From the NCBI GenBank assembly GCA_022822625.1, contig JAJEAV010000005.1, positions 9,965 through 73,964 of the forward strand: 64,000 bases of DNA, written 5' to 3'. Under the pieces are notes generated by a model. That model searched no databases. It was not told where the DNA came from and saw only the letters and a program-made list of their open reading frames with translations. The first letter of the stretch is position 1. The number at the start of each line of letters is the position of its first letter. A program made the translations under genes and the position numbers. Origin of the DNA: Gammaproteobacteria bacterium. GTDB lineage: Bacteria; Pseudomonadota; Gammaproteobacteria; Arenicellales; Poriferihabitantaceae. This document shows positions 38,760-47,920 of the stretch, one piece after another.

Positions 38760-39512
38760 ATGCTGGGAATTATTGGAGGGACAGGATTTGAGAGTGTTCC
38801 AGAATTTGAGGTAACCCAACAACAGGTTGTTGATACGCCTTATGGCAAGCCGTCATCAGCACTTTATCATGTATCACTGCATGGCAATCCTTCAGTTTTT
38901 CTGTCTCGTCACGGAACAGGACCGAGAATAATGCCGCACCGAATCAATTATCGGGCAAATATTTTTGCTCTTCATGATCGGGGAGTGACCGATGTGATTG
39001 CCATGGGTGCGGTAGGAGGTATAACACCGCAATTCACAGTTGGTTCAGTAGCTCTACCTGATCAGGTCATTGATTACACATGGGGTAGGGAACATACTTT
39101 TTTTGACGATACAGCGGGCCCTGATATTCCAACAGGAGAATTAGGGCATGCGGAATTTGCATATCCCTATGATCATCATTTGCGAGAGAAAATTCTCGAT
39201 TGTGCCAAAACCGCAGGCATGACGATTATTGATCACGGGGTTTATGGTGTTACCCAGGGACCTCGTTTTGAGACCGTGGCAGAAATCGACCGGATGGATC
39301 GGGATGGTGTGGACATGGTGGGTATGACAGCAATGCCGGAAGCGGCATTGGCAAGAGAGCTGGGGATGTCCTATGCAACGTTTGCCATGGTGGTCAACCC
39401 GGCGGCAGGTCGGAGTAATGAGTCAATATCAATGGAGAGCATTCGTCAGGTTCTGGAAAGTACCACAAACAAGGTCTATCAACTGTTACTTGCCCTTCAT
39501 TCAATCAGCTGA
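38760..39512 (+). CDS. 5'-methylthioadenosine / methylthioinosine phosphorylase (PNP family 2)
   Basis: MLGIIGGTGF start, HGxxHxxxPxxINYRANI, and a GMTxMPEAxLAREL motif. Confidence 0.85.
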   Translation: MLGIIGGTGFESVPEFEVTQQQVVDTPYGKPSSALYHVSLHGNPSVFLSRHGTGPRIMPHRINYRANIFALHDRGVTDVIAMGAVGGITPQFTVGSVALPDQVIDYTWGREHTFFDDTAGPDIPTGELGHAEFAYPYDHHLREKILDCAKTAGMTIIDHGVYGVTQGPRFETVAEIDRMDRDGVDMVGMTAMPEAALARELGMSYATFAMVVNPAAGRSNESISMESIRQVLESTTNKVYQLLLALHSIS

Positions 39513-40223
39513 CCAGATTCCAAGTATCACCCCGAAGGCAGGGTGATCGAAATAATGGACTTCCTTGAACCGGATTCGGCGCCGTTCGATCAGAAAATAT
39601 TCCGGATCAAGTGATTCGACTTCGGGCCAGCTATCGAACAGGTATTCATTGTTAAATTCCCATACAGGGGTTTCCTGCACATTTTCAATGGATTCTTCAG
39701 GGTAGTTGAATTCCGGTTTGACGATAGGGCTAGTGGGTGATAGCTGCAAAGCCATATCGGCAAACAGCAAGGACGTTTTATAGATGCGAAAATACGCATG
39801 GGCGAGTCTTGATCCTTCGACCCCCAGCGATATGACCGGAGCATTCTGGAAAAAAAATGCCGGTTGAATCCATCGGGCACTTGCCAGCACCGGTAAGTTG
39901 TTGTTATTCAGTCTCGGAATGAAATCATTGAGTCGCTGTAGATCCTGAGTCAAGTCATATGCTGGATTCTGCGACAACTCCAATAGATGCCGGGACTGCT
40001 TCATCTCTTCAAGACGTGCTCCATGATGGTCGAGGTGTTGTCTGGAGAAGTTCCAGTATTCCCGTTCAAGGTCTTCAGAATCCGGGCGTTCAAAGACAAT
40101 GATCTCAATCTCGTAGCTGCTGGCATGGGCATAGGATTGCGGGCCAGTAAACAGCACCAGGGAAATGCATAAAAACCGAAACAAAGGATTGTGTAGAAGA
40201 GTCAATGTGATCATGCCGACCAT
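39501..40223 (-). CDS. CsiV-family (DUF2803) periplasmic protein
   Basis: Signal peptide, YEIEIIVFER start of the mature protein, and the typical position next to mfd. Confidence 0.5.
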   Translation of the reverse strand: MVGMITLTLLHNPLFRFLCISLVLFTGPQSYAHASSYEIEIIVFERPDSEDLEREYWNFSRQHLDHHGARLEEMKQSRHLLELSQNPAYDLTQDLQRLNDFIPRLNNNNLPVLASARWIQPAFFFQNAPVISLGVEGSRLAHAYFRIYKTSLLFADMALQLSPTSPIVKPEFNYPEESIENVQETPVWEFNNEYLFDSWPEVESLDPEYFLIERRRIRFKEVHYFDHPAFGVILGIWSAD

Positions 40224-40261
40224 GAGCGTATTATGCAGTCTATCATATGCGCATGGATTAC

Positions 40262-43200
40262 TTATTGAACTGATGATGTTGTTTGTTCAATCTGGGTTAC
40301 GCTTATGTCTTCCATGAACCGTTCGATTTTATCCAGTCTTTCTTCGGGGGTCTCACATTGTTCCAGAAACTCCAGTGCCCCATTGGGCCGGAATCTCAGG
40401 CCTTGAGGGTGGTTTTGGACCAGGTTCATCAACTTCGACATGTCCAGTGCCGGATTCTTTCGAAATTCAATGGTGCCTCCCGATTCATCAATCTGGATTT
40501 TGCGGATGCCGAGACGTTCAGCATGTATTTTCAGACCGGTTAATCGAAACATGTTGCGAGCCGGACCTGGTAACAGGCCAAATCGGTCGATTGCCTCAAT
40601 CTGTAACTCGTCAAGGTCTTCGATAAAGACAGAGCTGGAGATGCGCTTGTAGAAAATCAGCCGGCTATGGGCATCCGGCAGGTACTCATCTGGAAAATAA
40701 GCGGGGACATGCAAGTCGACTACAGTCTCATCGGGGGGGGCGTTTGTGTCGCGGGCTTCGGGCAGGGTGCCTTCACGAATGGATTTGATGGCTGAATCCA
40801 GATATTGGCTGTAAATTGAAAATCCGACCTTGTCGATTAATCCGCTCTGGGTCTCTCCCAGCAACTCTCCAGCTCCACGGATTTCCAGATCATGAACCGC
40901 AAGGGTATACCCTGATCCAAGTTCACCCATTGCATGAATTGCATCAAAGCGCTTGGAGGCATCCCCGGTGATGTATTCAAGATCCGGAACCAGCAAATAT
41001 GCATACGCCTGATGGTGTGAGCGACCGACTCGGCCACGTAATTGATGAAGTTGAGCCAGGCCAAATTTGTCTGCACGATTGATAATGATGGTATTGGCAG
41101 TGGGGATATCGATACCGCTTTCTATGATCGTACTGCATACCAGAACATTGAATTGCTGATGATAGAAATCCATCATCATCATTTCCAGTTGCTGTTCCGG
41201 CATTTGTCCATGTCCGGTTCTGACGGTCGCTTCAGGTACCAGTTGTTGTAGCTCTTCGGCCATGCGTTCGATCGTACTGACCTTGTTATGCAGGAAAAAT
41301 ATCTGTCCGCCACGTCGAATCTCACGCAGACAGGCTTCACGAACAACGTGGTTTTCATATGTCTGAATAAAGGTTCGAATCGGCAGACGATTCACGGGTG
41401 GTGTAGCAATCACCGAAATTGACCGGAAACCGGATATTGCCATATTCAGGGTACGGGGGATTGGGGTTGCCGTCATCGACAGAATATCGACATTTTGTCT
41501 GAGTTTCTTGAGCCTTTCCTTTTGTCGTACTCCGAAGCGGTGTTCCTCATCAATGATGACCAGGCCCAGATTTGCAAAGCCAATAGCGTCTTGCAGTAGC
41601 TTATGGGTTCCGATCAGAATATCGACCATGCCGTTTTTCGCGCGTTGGGTGATATCCCTGTTTTGGTTTCTGGTCTTGAAACGGGACAGCACCTCAGTCA
41701 CCACGGGCCATTTTGAAAAACGACTGGTGAATGTCTCATAGTGTTGTTGGGCGAGTAGTGTGGTCGGAGTCAAGATCGCAACCTGTCTCCCATTATGGAC
41801 TGCGATGAAGGCTGCCCTTAATGCAACTTCGGTTTTACCGAAGCCAACATCCCCGCAGATTAATCGATCCATTGGTTTCATTGAGACAAGGTCCTTGATC
41901 ACGTCTTCAATGGCCTGCAATTGGTCAGGGGTTTCCTCAAACTGAAATTCACCGGTAAAGGTTGCGAAATCCCCTGCATGAACGGTATTCGCAACGCCTT
42001 CCCGGGCTTGACGCATTGCATCCATCTCCAGTAACTCGGTTGCCACGTCATGGGTTTTCTGGCGAGCCTGCTGTTTGGATTTTTCCCACTGTTTTGAACC
42101 GAGTCGATGCCATGGGGCAGTATCAGGCGTACCTCCAATATACCTGTTGACTTCCTGAAGCGATAATACGGGTATATAGAGGCGAGCCTGATTTTGGTAT
42201 TCGATAATGATGTATTCCGCCTTGTCATCTGAATTGTCGAATCGGCACAACCCCCGGTAGCGACCGACTCCGTGATCAATATGGGTTACTGGATCATTGA
42301 TATGCAGTTCAGCAAGGGATTTGATAATGGAATCCGGATCCTTGGAGAATTGACTACGCCGGCGTTGGCGTAAAACCTGCTCTCCGAAAAGCTGGCTTTC
42401 GCTGATAACTTCAAATCCGAGACCGGGCAATTTCAGGCCGCGAGAGACTGGGCAGACACTGAGGCCAATCTGACAGTCCCGAGCCTTGAGAAATTCGTCA
42501 AAATTCGAGAATATCGAAGTTGAAATCCGGTGCGAGGTCAGTGCCTGTTCAATCAGATTCAAGCGTCCTTCGCTACCAGCAACAATCAAAATCCGGTTTT
42601 TCGCAGACTGCAGATAGTTGAGAAGAGGACCGTAGGCATTGGCAATTCTTGTATTTACAGGAAGGTTGTCAATTGGCATGCTTGGTGCAGACCAGACGTT
42701 TGCAGCATCAGGGTTGTTTAATTCGAGTCTTCGAAACTTCCTGATTTTCTCGATTGCCGGACCAGGTTGAAGATACAGTTTGTCAGGTGGAAGAATCCGG
42801 TGCGTTATATCATGTCGGTAGTTCTCGTAACGCTGTTCTACATCGGCCATGAAGTCTGAAAGCTCTGTTTCGATGGTTGCCGATGTAACCAGCAGTGTTG
42901 AGTGATCAAGGTAGTCAAAAATACTCGTGGTTTGCTCAAAGAACAGAGGGAGATAGAATTCAATACCGGGTGGTGTATTGCCGTGACTTACCTCAACGTA
43001 GGTTGACTGGGTCAGTGGATCACAGTCAAGGTTTTCTCGAAATGCCGAGCGAAATTGATTAATCCCGGATTCAGTCATTGGGAATTCACGTGCAGGACGT
43101 ATCTCGATCTGTGGAACCCTGTCGATAGTGCGTTGCGTGGTGGGGTCAAAGAATCGGATTGAATCGATTTCATCGTCAAAGAATTCAAGGCGAAAGGGTG

Positions 43201-43777
43201 ATTCAACTCCGACTGGAAATACGTCGATCAGCCCGCCTCGGGAAGCAAATTCTCCAGGAGATACCACCAGATCAACCGCAACATAGTTTGAATCCAAAAG
43301 CCGAAGGCGAAACTGTTCGAAGTCGATGCTCTGGCCGACAGAAATAATAAAGGAGTGATTGTAGATATAATCGACCGGTGGCAAGAACTGTAGTAATGTA
43401 TCGGTTTGGATTAGAAGTACGCCACGTTTGAGCCTTGGTAGTTGAGAAAGAATGCGAATTCTTTCTGATCCAATTTCCTGATGCGGTGAAAGATGCTCAT
43501 AAGGGAGACATTCCAGACCGGGGAAGTGGAAGACGGGAAAGCTGGCATTGCCGAGATAATAGTGAATTTCCTCTTCCAGAACGGTGAGTTCATGTGGGTC
43601 GTCCAGTACAATAAAAACAACTCCCGAATATATTCGTGCTATTTCGGCAATTGCATAACTTGCTGCAGAACCATGAAGGTCGTTCCAGGCGATTGATTCC
43701 TTGGCAGAAAGAGGTAAGGGCGGATTTAGCAAGGTGGGGACAGGCTTGGACAAAAACAAATCGGCAATTCTACCCAA
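40262..43777 (-). CDS. mfd: Transcription-repair coupling factor Mfd
   Basis: Superfamily-2 helicase motifs (GDVGFGKTEVA, DEEHRFG), a UvrB-homology N-terminus and a TRG motif. The track ORF runs to 43894, but Mfd homology starts at about LLNPPLPLS. I chose TTG 43777; TTG 43759 and 43753 are alternatives. Confidence 0.93.
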   Translation of the reverse strand: MGRIADLFLSKPVPTLLNPPLPLSAKESIAWNDLHGSAASYAIAEIARIYSGVVFIVLDDPHELTVLEEEIHYYLGNASFPVFHFPGLECLPYEHLSPHQEIGSERIRILSQLPRLKRGVLLIQTDTLLQFLPPVDYIYNHSFIISVGQSIDFEQFRLRLLDSNYVAVDLVVSPGEFASRGGLIDVFPVGVESPFRLEFFDDEIDSIRFFDPTTQRTIDRVPQIEIRPAREFPMTESGINQFRSAFRENLDCDPLTQSTYVEVSHGNTPPGIEFYLPLFFEQTTSIFDYLDHSTLLVTSATIETELSDFMADVEQRYENYRHDITHRILPPDKLYLQPGPAIEKIRKFRRLELNNPDAANVWSAPSMPIDNLPVNTRIANAYGPLLNYLQSAKNRILIVAGSEGRLNLIEQALTSHRISTSIFSNFDEFLKARDCQIGLSVCPVSRGLKLPGLGFEVISESQLFGEQVLRQRRRSQFSKDPDSIIKSLAELHINDPVTHIDHGVGRYRGLCRFDNSDDKAEYIIIEYQNQARLYIPVLSLQEVNRYIGGTPDTAPWHRLGSKQWEKSKQQARQKTHDVATELLEMDAMRQAREGVANTVHAGDFATFTGEFQFEETPDQLQAIEDVIKDLVSMKPMDRLICGDVGFGKTEVALRAAFIAVHNGRQVAILTPTTLLAQQHYETFTSRFSKWPVVTEVLSRFKTRNQNRDITQRAKNGMVDILIGTHKLLQDAIGFANLGLVIIDEEHRFGVRQKERLKKLRQNVDILSMTATPIPRTLNMAISGFRSISVIATPPVNRLPIRTFIQTYENHVVREACLREIRRGGQIFFLHNKVSTIERMAEELQQLVPEATVRTGHGQMPEQQLEMMMMDFYHQQFNVLVCSTIIESGIDIPTANTIIINRADKFGLAQLHQLRGRVGRSHHQAYAYLLVPDLEYITGDASKRFDAIHAMGELGSGYTLAVHDLEIRGAGELLGETQSGLIDKVGFSIYSQYLDSAIKSIREGTLPEARDTNAPPDETVVDLHVPAYFPDEYLPDAHSRLIFYKRISSSVFIEDLDELQIEAIDRFGLLPGPARNMFRLTGLKIHAERLGIRKIQIDESGGTIEFRKNPALDMSKLMNLVQNHPQGLRFRPNGALEFLEQCETPEERLDKIERFMEDISVTQIEQTTSSVQ

Positions 43778-43789
43778 GTCGAGGGTGAT

Positions 43790-44524
43790 ATGGTAAGGAA
43801 ATCCGGAGCGGGTTTGAACTCCCGGGAAGTTTGGGCAGTTGTCCCTGCGGCGGGCCGGGGTGTGCGCATGGGTGGTGCTCTTCCCAAGCAGCATATCGAT
43901 TTATGCGGAAAGAGCATGCTGCATCATACCTTGTCAAGGTTGTGCGAGATGCCATTCATTACGGGTGTGGTTGCCGGTTTGGCCGAGTCAGACCCATGGT
44001 GGAAAAACAACCCTTTTGAACATCCAAAATTTCATGGGGAATTTTGGGGAGGTGAACGCAGGCAGGATACGGTCAGGGAGGGGATACTGTTTTTGACTGG
44101 CGCTATTGGAGTTCACTCGAGAGAGTACGTTCTGGTTCATGATGCTGCTCGTCCATGCATCACACAGGAAGATGTACTCAAGGTGATCATGGCGGCAATG
44201 AAACATGAAGGTGGGGCGGTGCTTGGGTCACGAATGAAAGACACGATCAAGTCAAGTACTGCAGATGGTGTTATTTCAGGCACTCTGGACCGAAATAGTT
44301 GCTGGCGGGCTTATACTCCTCAGGTATTCAATGCGGCGAATTTGCTTGACGCGCTTGATGCGGCGCTGGATAACAGCGTTATGGTAACTGATGAGGCAAT
44401 GGCGATGGAGTATGTGGGTCGGTCACCGATCATGGTTCAGGGCAGTGATATGAACATCAAGGTCACCGAGGAAGCCGACCTGCGTCTGGCTGAGGCTTTT
44501 CTTGATGGGAGCGACCGGCCATGA
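43790..44524 (+). CDS. ispD: 2-C-methyl-D-erythritol 4-phosphate cytidylyltransferase
   Basis: VWAVVPAAGRGVRMG motif. Followed by ispF with a 4-nt overlap. Confidence 0.9.
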   Translation: MVRKSGAGLNSREVWAVVPAAGRGVRMGGALPKQHIDLCGKSMLHHTLSRLCEMPFITGVVAGLAESDPWWKNNPFEHPKFHGEFWGGERRQDTVREGILFLTGAIGVHSREYVLVHDAARPCITQEDVLKVIMAAMKHEGGAVLGSRMKDTIKSSTADGVISGTLDRNSCWRAYTPQVFNAANLLDALDAALDNSVMVTDEAMAMEYVGRSPIMVQGSDMNIKVTEEADLRLAEAFLDGSDRP

Positions 44525-44991
44525 GAGTAGGGATTGGACTGGACGCACATGCCTTGGTCAAGGGCCAAAAACTGGTTCTGGGCGGGGTTGAGATTGACTG
44601 GCACAAGGGATTGGAAGGGCATTCAGACGGTGATGCATTATTGCATGCGATTTGTGATGCATTGCTAGGTGCTGCCGCTCTGGGCGACCTTGGACAGTAC
44701 TTCCCGTCAGATGATGAGGCCTTCAAGGGTATTGACAGTCGTATTTTGCTGAGGCGAGTCAAGAAAATACTGGATGAAAAGAGTTGCAGGGTTGTCAACA
44801 TTGATGCCGTGATCGTTGCTCAAAAACCCAGAATGTCCAGATATGTCAAAGCGATGATTGCCAACATTGCCGAGGATACGGGTTTGCCCGTATCGGCAGT
44901 CAGTGTCAAGTCAACAAGCACTGACCATTTGGGGTTTGTCGGGCGAGAAGAGGGTATTGCCGCCCAAGCGATTGTAATGATCGAGATGTAG
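44521..44991 (+). CDS. ispF: 2-C-methyl-D-erythritol 2,4-cyclodiphosphate synthase
   Basis: MRVGIGLDAHAL...GHSDGDALLHA zinc-site motifs. Confidence 0.95.
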   Translation: MRVGIGLDAHALVKGQKLVLGGVEIDWHKGLEGHSDGDALLHAICDALLGAAALGDLGQYFPSDDEAFKGIDSRILLRRVKKILDEKSCRVVNIDAVIVAQKPRMSRYVKAMIANIAEDTGLPVSAVSVKSTSTDHLGFVGREEGIAAQAIVMIEM

Positions 44992-45027
44992 GTCGGGTGG
45001 CTGGTTGATTCTTGACCTATCCAAAAA

Positions 45028-45390
45028 TCAGACTCTCCCGATCATTCCGCCAAGTGGGCGTCCACCAAACAGGTGCATATGCAGGTGATAGACTTCCTGC
45101 CCTCCATGATCTCCGCAATTGATCAGTAGGCGATAACCGGACTCGGCAATTCCTTCCTGCCTGGCAATATTCCGGGCGACAACCAGCAAATGACCGAGCA
45201 ATGCTTCATCTTCTTCACTGACTTCGTTGACACTCGGAATGAGCTTGTTCGGAATTATTAGAATGTGGGTAGGTGCCTGTGGGTTGATGTCTCTAAAAGC
45301 CGTAACCCGCTCATCCTGAAACACAATATCGGCAGGGATTTCCCGATTGACGATTTTCAGGAAAAGTTCATCGCTCATGGGTGTTCTCAA
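45028..45390 (-). CDS. HIT-family nucleotide hydrolase (HinT-like)
   Basis: Histidine triad HLHMHL; 120 aa. Confidence 0.9.
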   Translation of the reverse strand: MRTPMSDELFLKIVNREIPADIVFQDERVTAFRDINPQAPTHILIIPNKLIPSVNEVSEEDEALLGHLLVVARNIARQEGIAESGYRLLINCGDHGGQEVYHLHMHLFGGRPLGGMIGRV

Positions 45391-45688
45391 TTATTGTTTG
45401 AAGAATTTTAACCGAAACCGGATGGCATGTATTCACGAGAATTGCCCATATCGATAAATAAAGTCAGGCAAAAAAGACAATTTCCATTCGTTTCATTTCC
45501 ATAGGTACTGAACATTGACCCTCACCACGTGGATGTTTGTCACTCCTGATGGAATTGGAAGGTTGGAAAGCGCGACTATGACTGCATACGGGAGCATGTG
45601 GTTTGCTTGATTCCCACCGATAGATATTCGGACTATCAGAGAGTAAAAAATTTACTGTTTGTCGGGATTCGGACTCGTCACCAGGGTT

Positions 45689-46273
45689 CTATGAGATAGT
45701 GTTCAGGCGTTTTGCAATTCTGTATAACCGTGAATCATGAATGCCGGCTTTTTCCAGGTGTGTGACGGTATTGATGACGTAATCAGCATTGGTCCCCATT
45801 GGGCCTTCGGCTCCCTTGATAATGTTGATGACCTCATTGTCCGAATTCAGTGATGCGAACTGTTTATGGTCCTTTTTTGAAACAAAGGTCAGGGCTTCAA
45901 CTTTGTTTCTGTTTCCCAGATATACGCTCTTGACGATAGGGCGATAGGCATAACTGGTCATTTCTCGATCATGGAGATACTGCAAGGTTTCCTCGCGGTA
46001 ATTCTCTTCAACCTGAAATGCCATGCCATGACAGGACCCGCCCGGAATCAATCCAACAACCAGGCCTGGTTTCTCTGGCGTTCCTCGATAATGAATTGAC
46101 CACAAGCACAACCTGCGACTGAATCCATACAGCCGGGCAGGTCCGGAATCACGATATCGAAATCCCGGTTTCCACATCAACGAACCGTATCCGAATACCC
46201 AGAGGTTGTCGCAGGGCAGGGATATTGCGAAAGGGTTGTTCGAGTGATAGCGGTTGCGGGTAAAATCATTCAT
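45689..46273 (-). CDS. chaC: ChaC-family gamma-glutamylcyclotransferase
   Basis: LWVFGYGSLMWKPGF motif. Confidence 0.8.
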   Translation of the reverse strand: MNDFTRNRYHSNNPFAISLPCDNLWVFGYGSLMWKPGFRYRDSGPARLYGFSRRLCLWSIHYRGTPEKPGLVVGLIPGGSCHGMAFQVEENYREETLQYLHDREMTSYAYRPIVKSVYLGNRNKVEALTFVSKKDHKQFASLNSDNEVINIIKGAEGPMGTNADYVINTVTHLEKAGIHDSRLYRIAKRLNTIS

Positions 46274-46299
46274 TATGAAGATGCTTGATGGTTCGATTC

Positions 46300-46917
46300 A
46301 TGATTGATGTTTTTTGTGACAGTTCACCAAATGGGTACAAGGTATTGATTATGCTTGAAGAGATCGACATCAAATACCGTCTTGTTTCCGTTGATCTAGG
46401 CACTGACCCTGCTGCCATCCCCGGGTTTCTCGATATCTCTCCTGACGGCAAAATTCCAGCTATTGTAGATCATGATACAAGGTCTGGAGGAGAGTTCGTT
46501 CCACTTTTTGAGTCCGGTGCGATCATGCTCTATCTTGCCGAGTTATCTGGACAGTTCCTTCCAGAGAATACCGTTTCACGAATTGAGGTACTCAAATGGC
46601 TGTTTTGGCAAGTTTCGAATTTGGGGCCGACACTGGGACAGTTAGTGCATTTCAGGGGCGACCCGGAATCTCCATCAAAGACCCTGGATTATTTCTTTTC
46701 AAGGGCAAAACGCCTGTACCAGTTTCTGAATCGGGAACTTGAGCATCGTGACTATATCGCACATGAATACAGTATAGCGGACATGGCTATTTACCCATGG
46801 ATTGCAATTCATGAAAATCAGGGCTTGAATATTCGTGATTTCCCGAATCTGATGCGGTGGTATTTCAATATGGAAGATCGTGAGGCGGTTGAGCGGGCTT
46901 ACGATCTCAAGATATGA
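46300..46917 (+). CDS. Glutathione S-transferase family protein
   Basis: Thioredoxin-like N-domain (SPNGYKV...KIPAIVD...ESGAIMLYLA) and a helical C-domain. Confidence 0.8.
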   Translation: MIDVFCDSSPNGYKVLIMLEEIDIKYRLVSVDLGTDPAAIPGFLDISPDGKIPAIVDHDTRSGGEFVPLFESGAIMLYLAELSGQFLPENTVSRIEVLKWLFWQVSNLGPTLGQLVHFRGDPESPSKTLDYFFSRAKRLYQFLNRELEHRDYIAHEYSIADMAIYPWIAIHENQGLNIRDFPNLMRWYFNMEDREAVERAYDLKI

Positions 46918-46922
46918 ATCTG

Positions 46923-47414
46923 TTATTTTTCGGGTACGATATGTGAAAAATTCTCGAGATCGGGTGATACCTCATAGGCTTGACCAAAACCGACTACGAA
47001 GGAACCGGATTCGGGTCGTAGTCGATACAGCCGGAAATCGGCCAGTGTGCGAAGTGTCTGGATAATCGCTCCATGACGTTCTTCCAGCCCTTTCAGGATT
47101 TTCCCGTATAGGATGTTGTCAGTCCTGACTTGCTGGCAATTGCAGTGGAATCCCAAACGATTACGGGCGTAAATCTGCGATTTTCTTGCCTCGTCATCAA
47201 TGATCAATATACTGGCTGTTCCAATTGCCAGATTACTGGTATGCGAAGACAGGGTACTTACGAAAATGAAATAATCTCCATTATCGGTACGATAAAAAGG
47301 GGCGTAGCTTGCAAGCGGTTTTCCATGTTGATCTACAGTTGCCAGTTGCAAGGACCTGCAACGCTTGAGAAGTTCAGAGGCACACGTTCTTAATTCTGTT
47401 AACTCTTCATTCAT
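46923..47414 (-). CDS. HutZ/HugZ-like pyridoxamine-5'-phosphate-oxidase-fold protein
   Basis: LATVDQHGKPLASYAPFY...FVSTLSSHTSNL...DFRLYRLRPESGSFVVGFGQAY pattern. Confidence 0.6.
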   Translation of the reverse strand: MNEELTELRTCASELLKRCRSLQLATVDQHGKPLASYAPFYRTDNGDYFIFVSTLSSHTSNLAIGTASILIIDDEARKSQIYARNRLGFHCNCQQVRTDNILYGKILKGLEERHGAIIQTLRTLADFRLYRLRPESGSFVVGFGQAYEVSPDLENFSHIVPEK

Positions 47415-47920
47415 GCCGTTCTATTGATTTATAAGTAGAATTCGTTCAACCCCGATTCCAAGTGGGAGGGGAGATATTATCCGTCCCAGTCCTTTCGGAT
47501 TTTAACAGTCGGTGCAATGAGTTATGAATCCTGTACGTGTTTTGTCCGTCCGACTCCAGGCAACTAGGCATGAACTGGATGCCATGGTGAATAGACATAT
47601 TTTATTACCCCCTAGTTCTATTCTGGAGCAGTACCTGTTGTTATATTGTATCAGTATGCTTTTTGGGATGTTCCTGATGAATATCCAGCAATCTGTTGCC
47701 GACAGTAACCACAATCAGGGCTTTCTGCGGGCGGCTTTACCAGTTTCTATCTTCCTATTCCCTTTTTCCGCTCGCAATGATCGCTGCAATCATGGGAGAA
47801 TGGTATGTTTTGCTTCCCTTTTGGACCGTGTTGGAATACTGGAAATCATGGTTGGAGACAATCATCGTAACCAGGACGCCAATACGCCTGGAAACAGTTT
47901 TTTCTCCAATTACCTTCTGG

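Noticed and set aside
40733-40740. G8 homopolymer as a phase-variation tract
   Set aside because: It lies in frame inside mfd (encoding part of ...NAPPDE...) and the gene is intact. I noted it only as a control showing that long G runs are not systematically miscalled.
43778-43894. N-terminal ~40-aa extension of the mfd ORF (MLLGKSTTHAHTPARRRD...), which overlaps the ispD start on the other strand
   Set aside because: Mfd homology begins near LLNPPLPLS, and the extension is Arg/Pro-rich and unlike Mfd. In-frame TTG codons at 43777, 43759 and 43753 give a normal-length protein and an ordinary divergent mfd/ispD promoter region.
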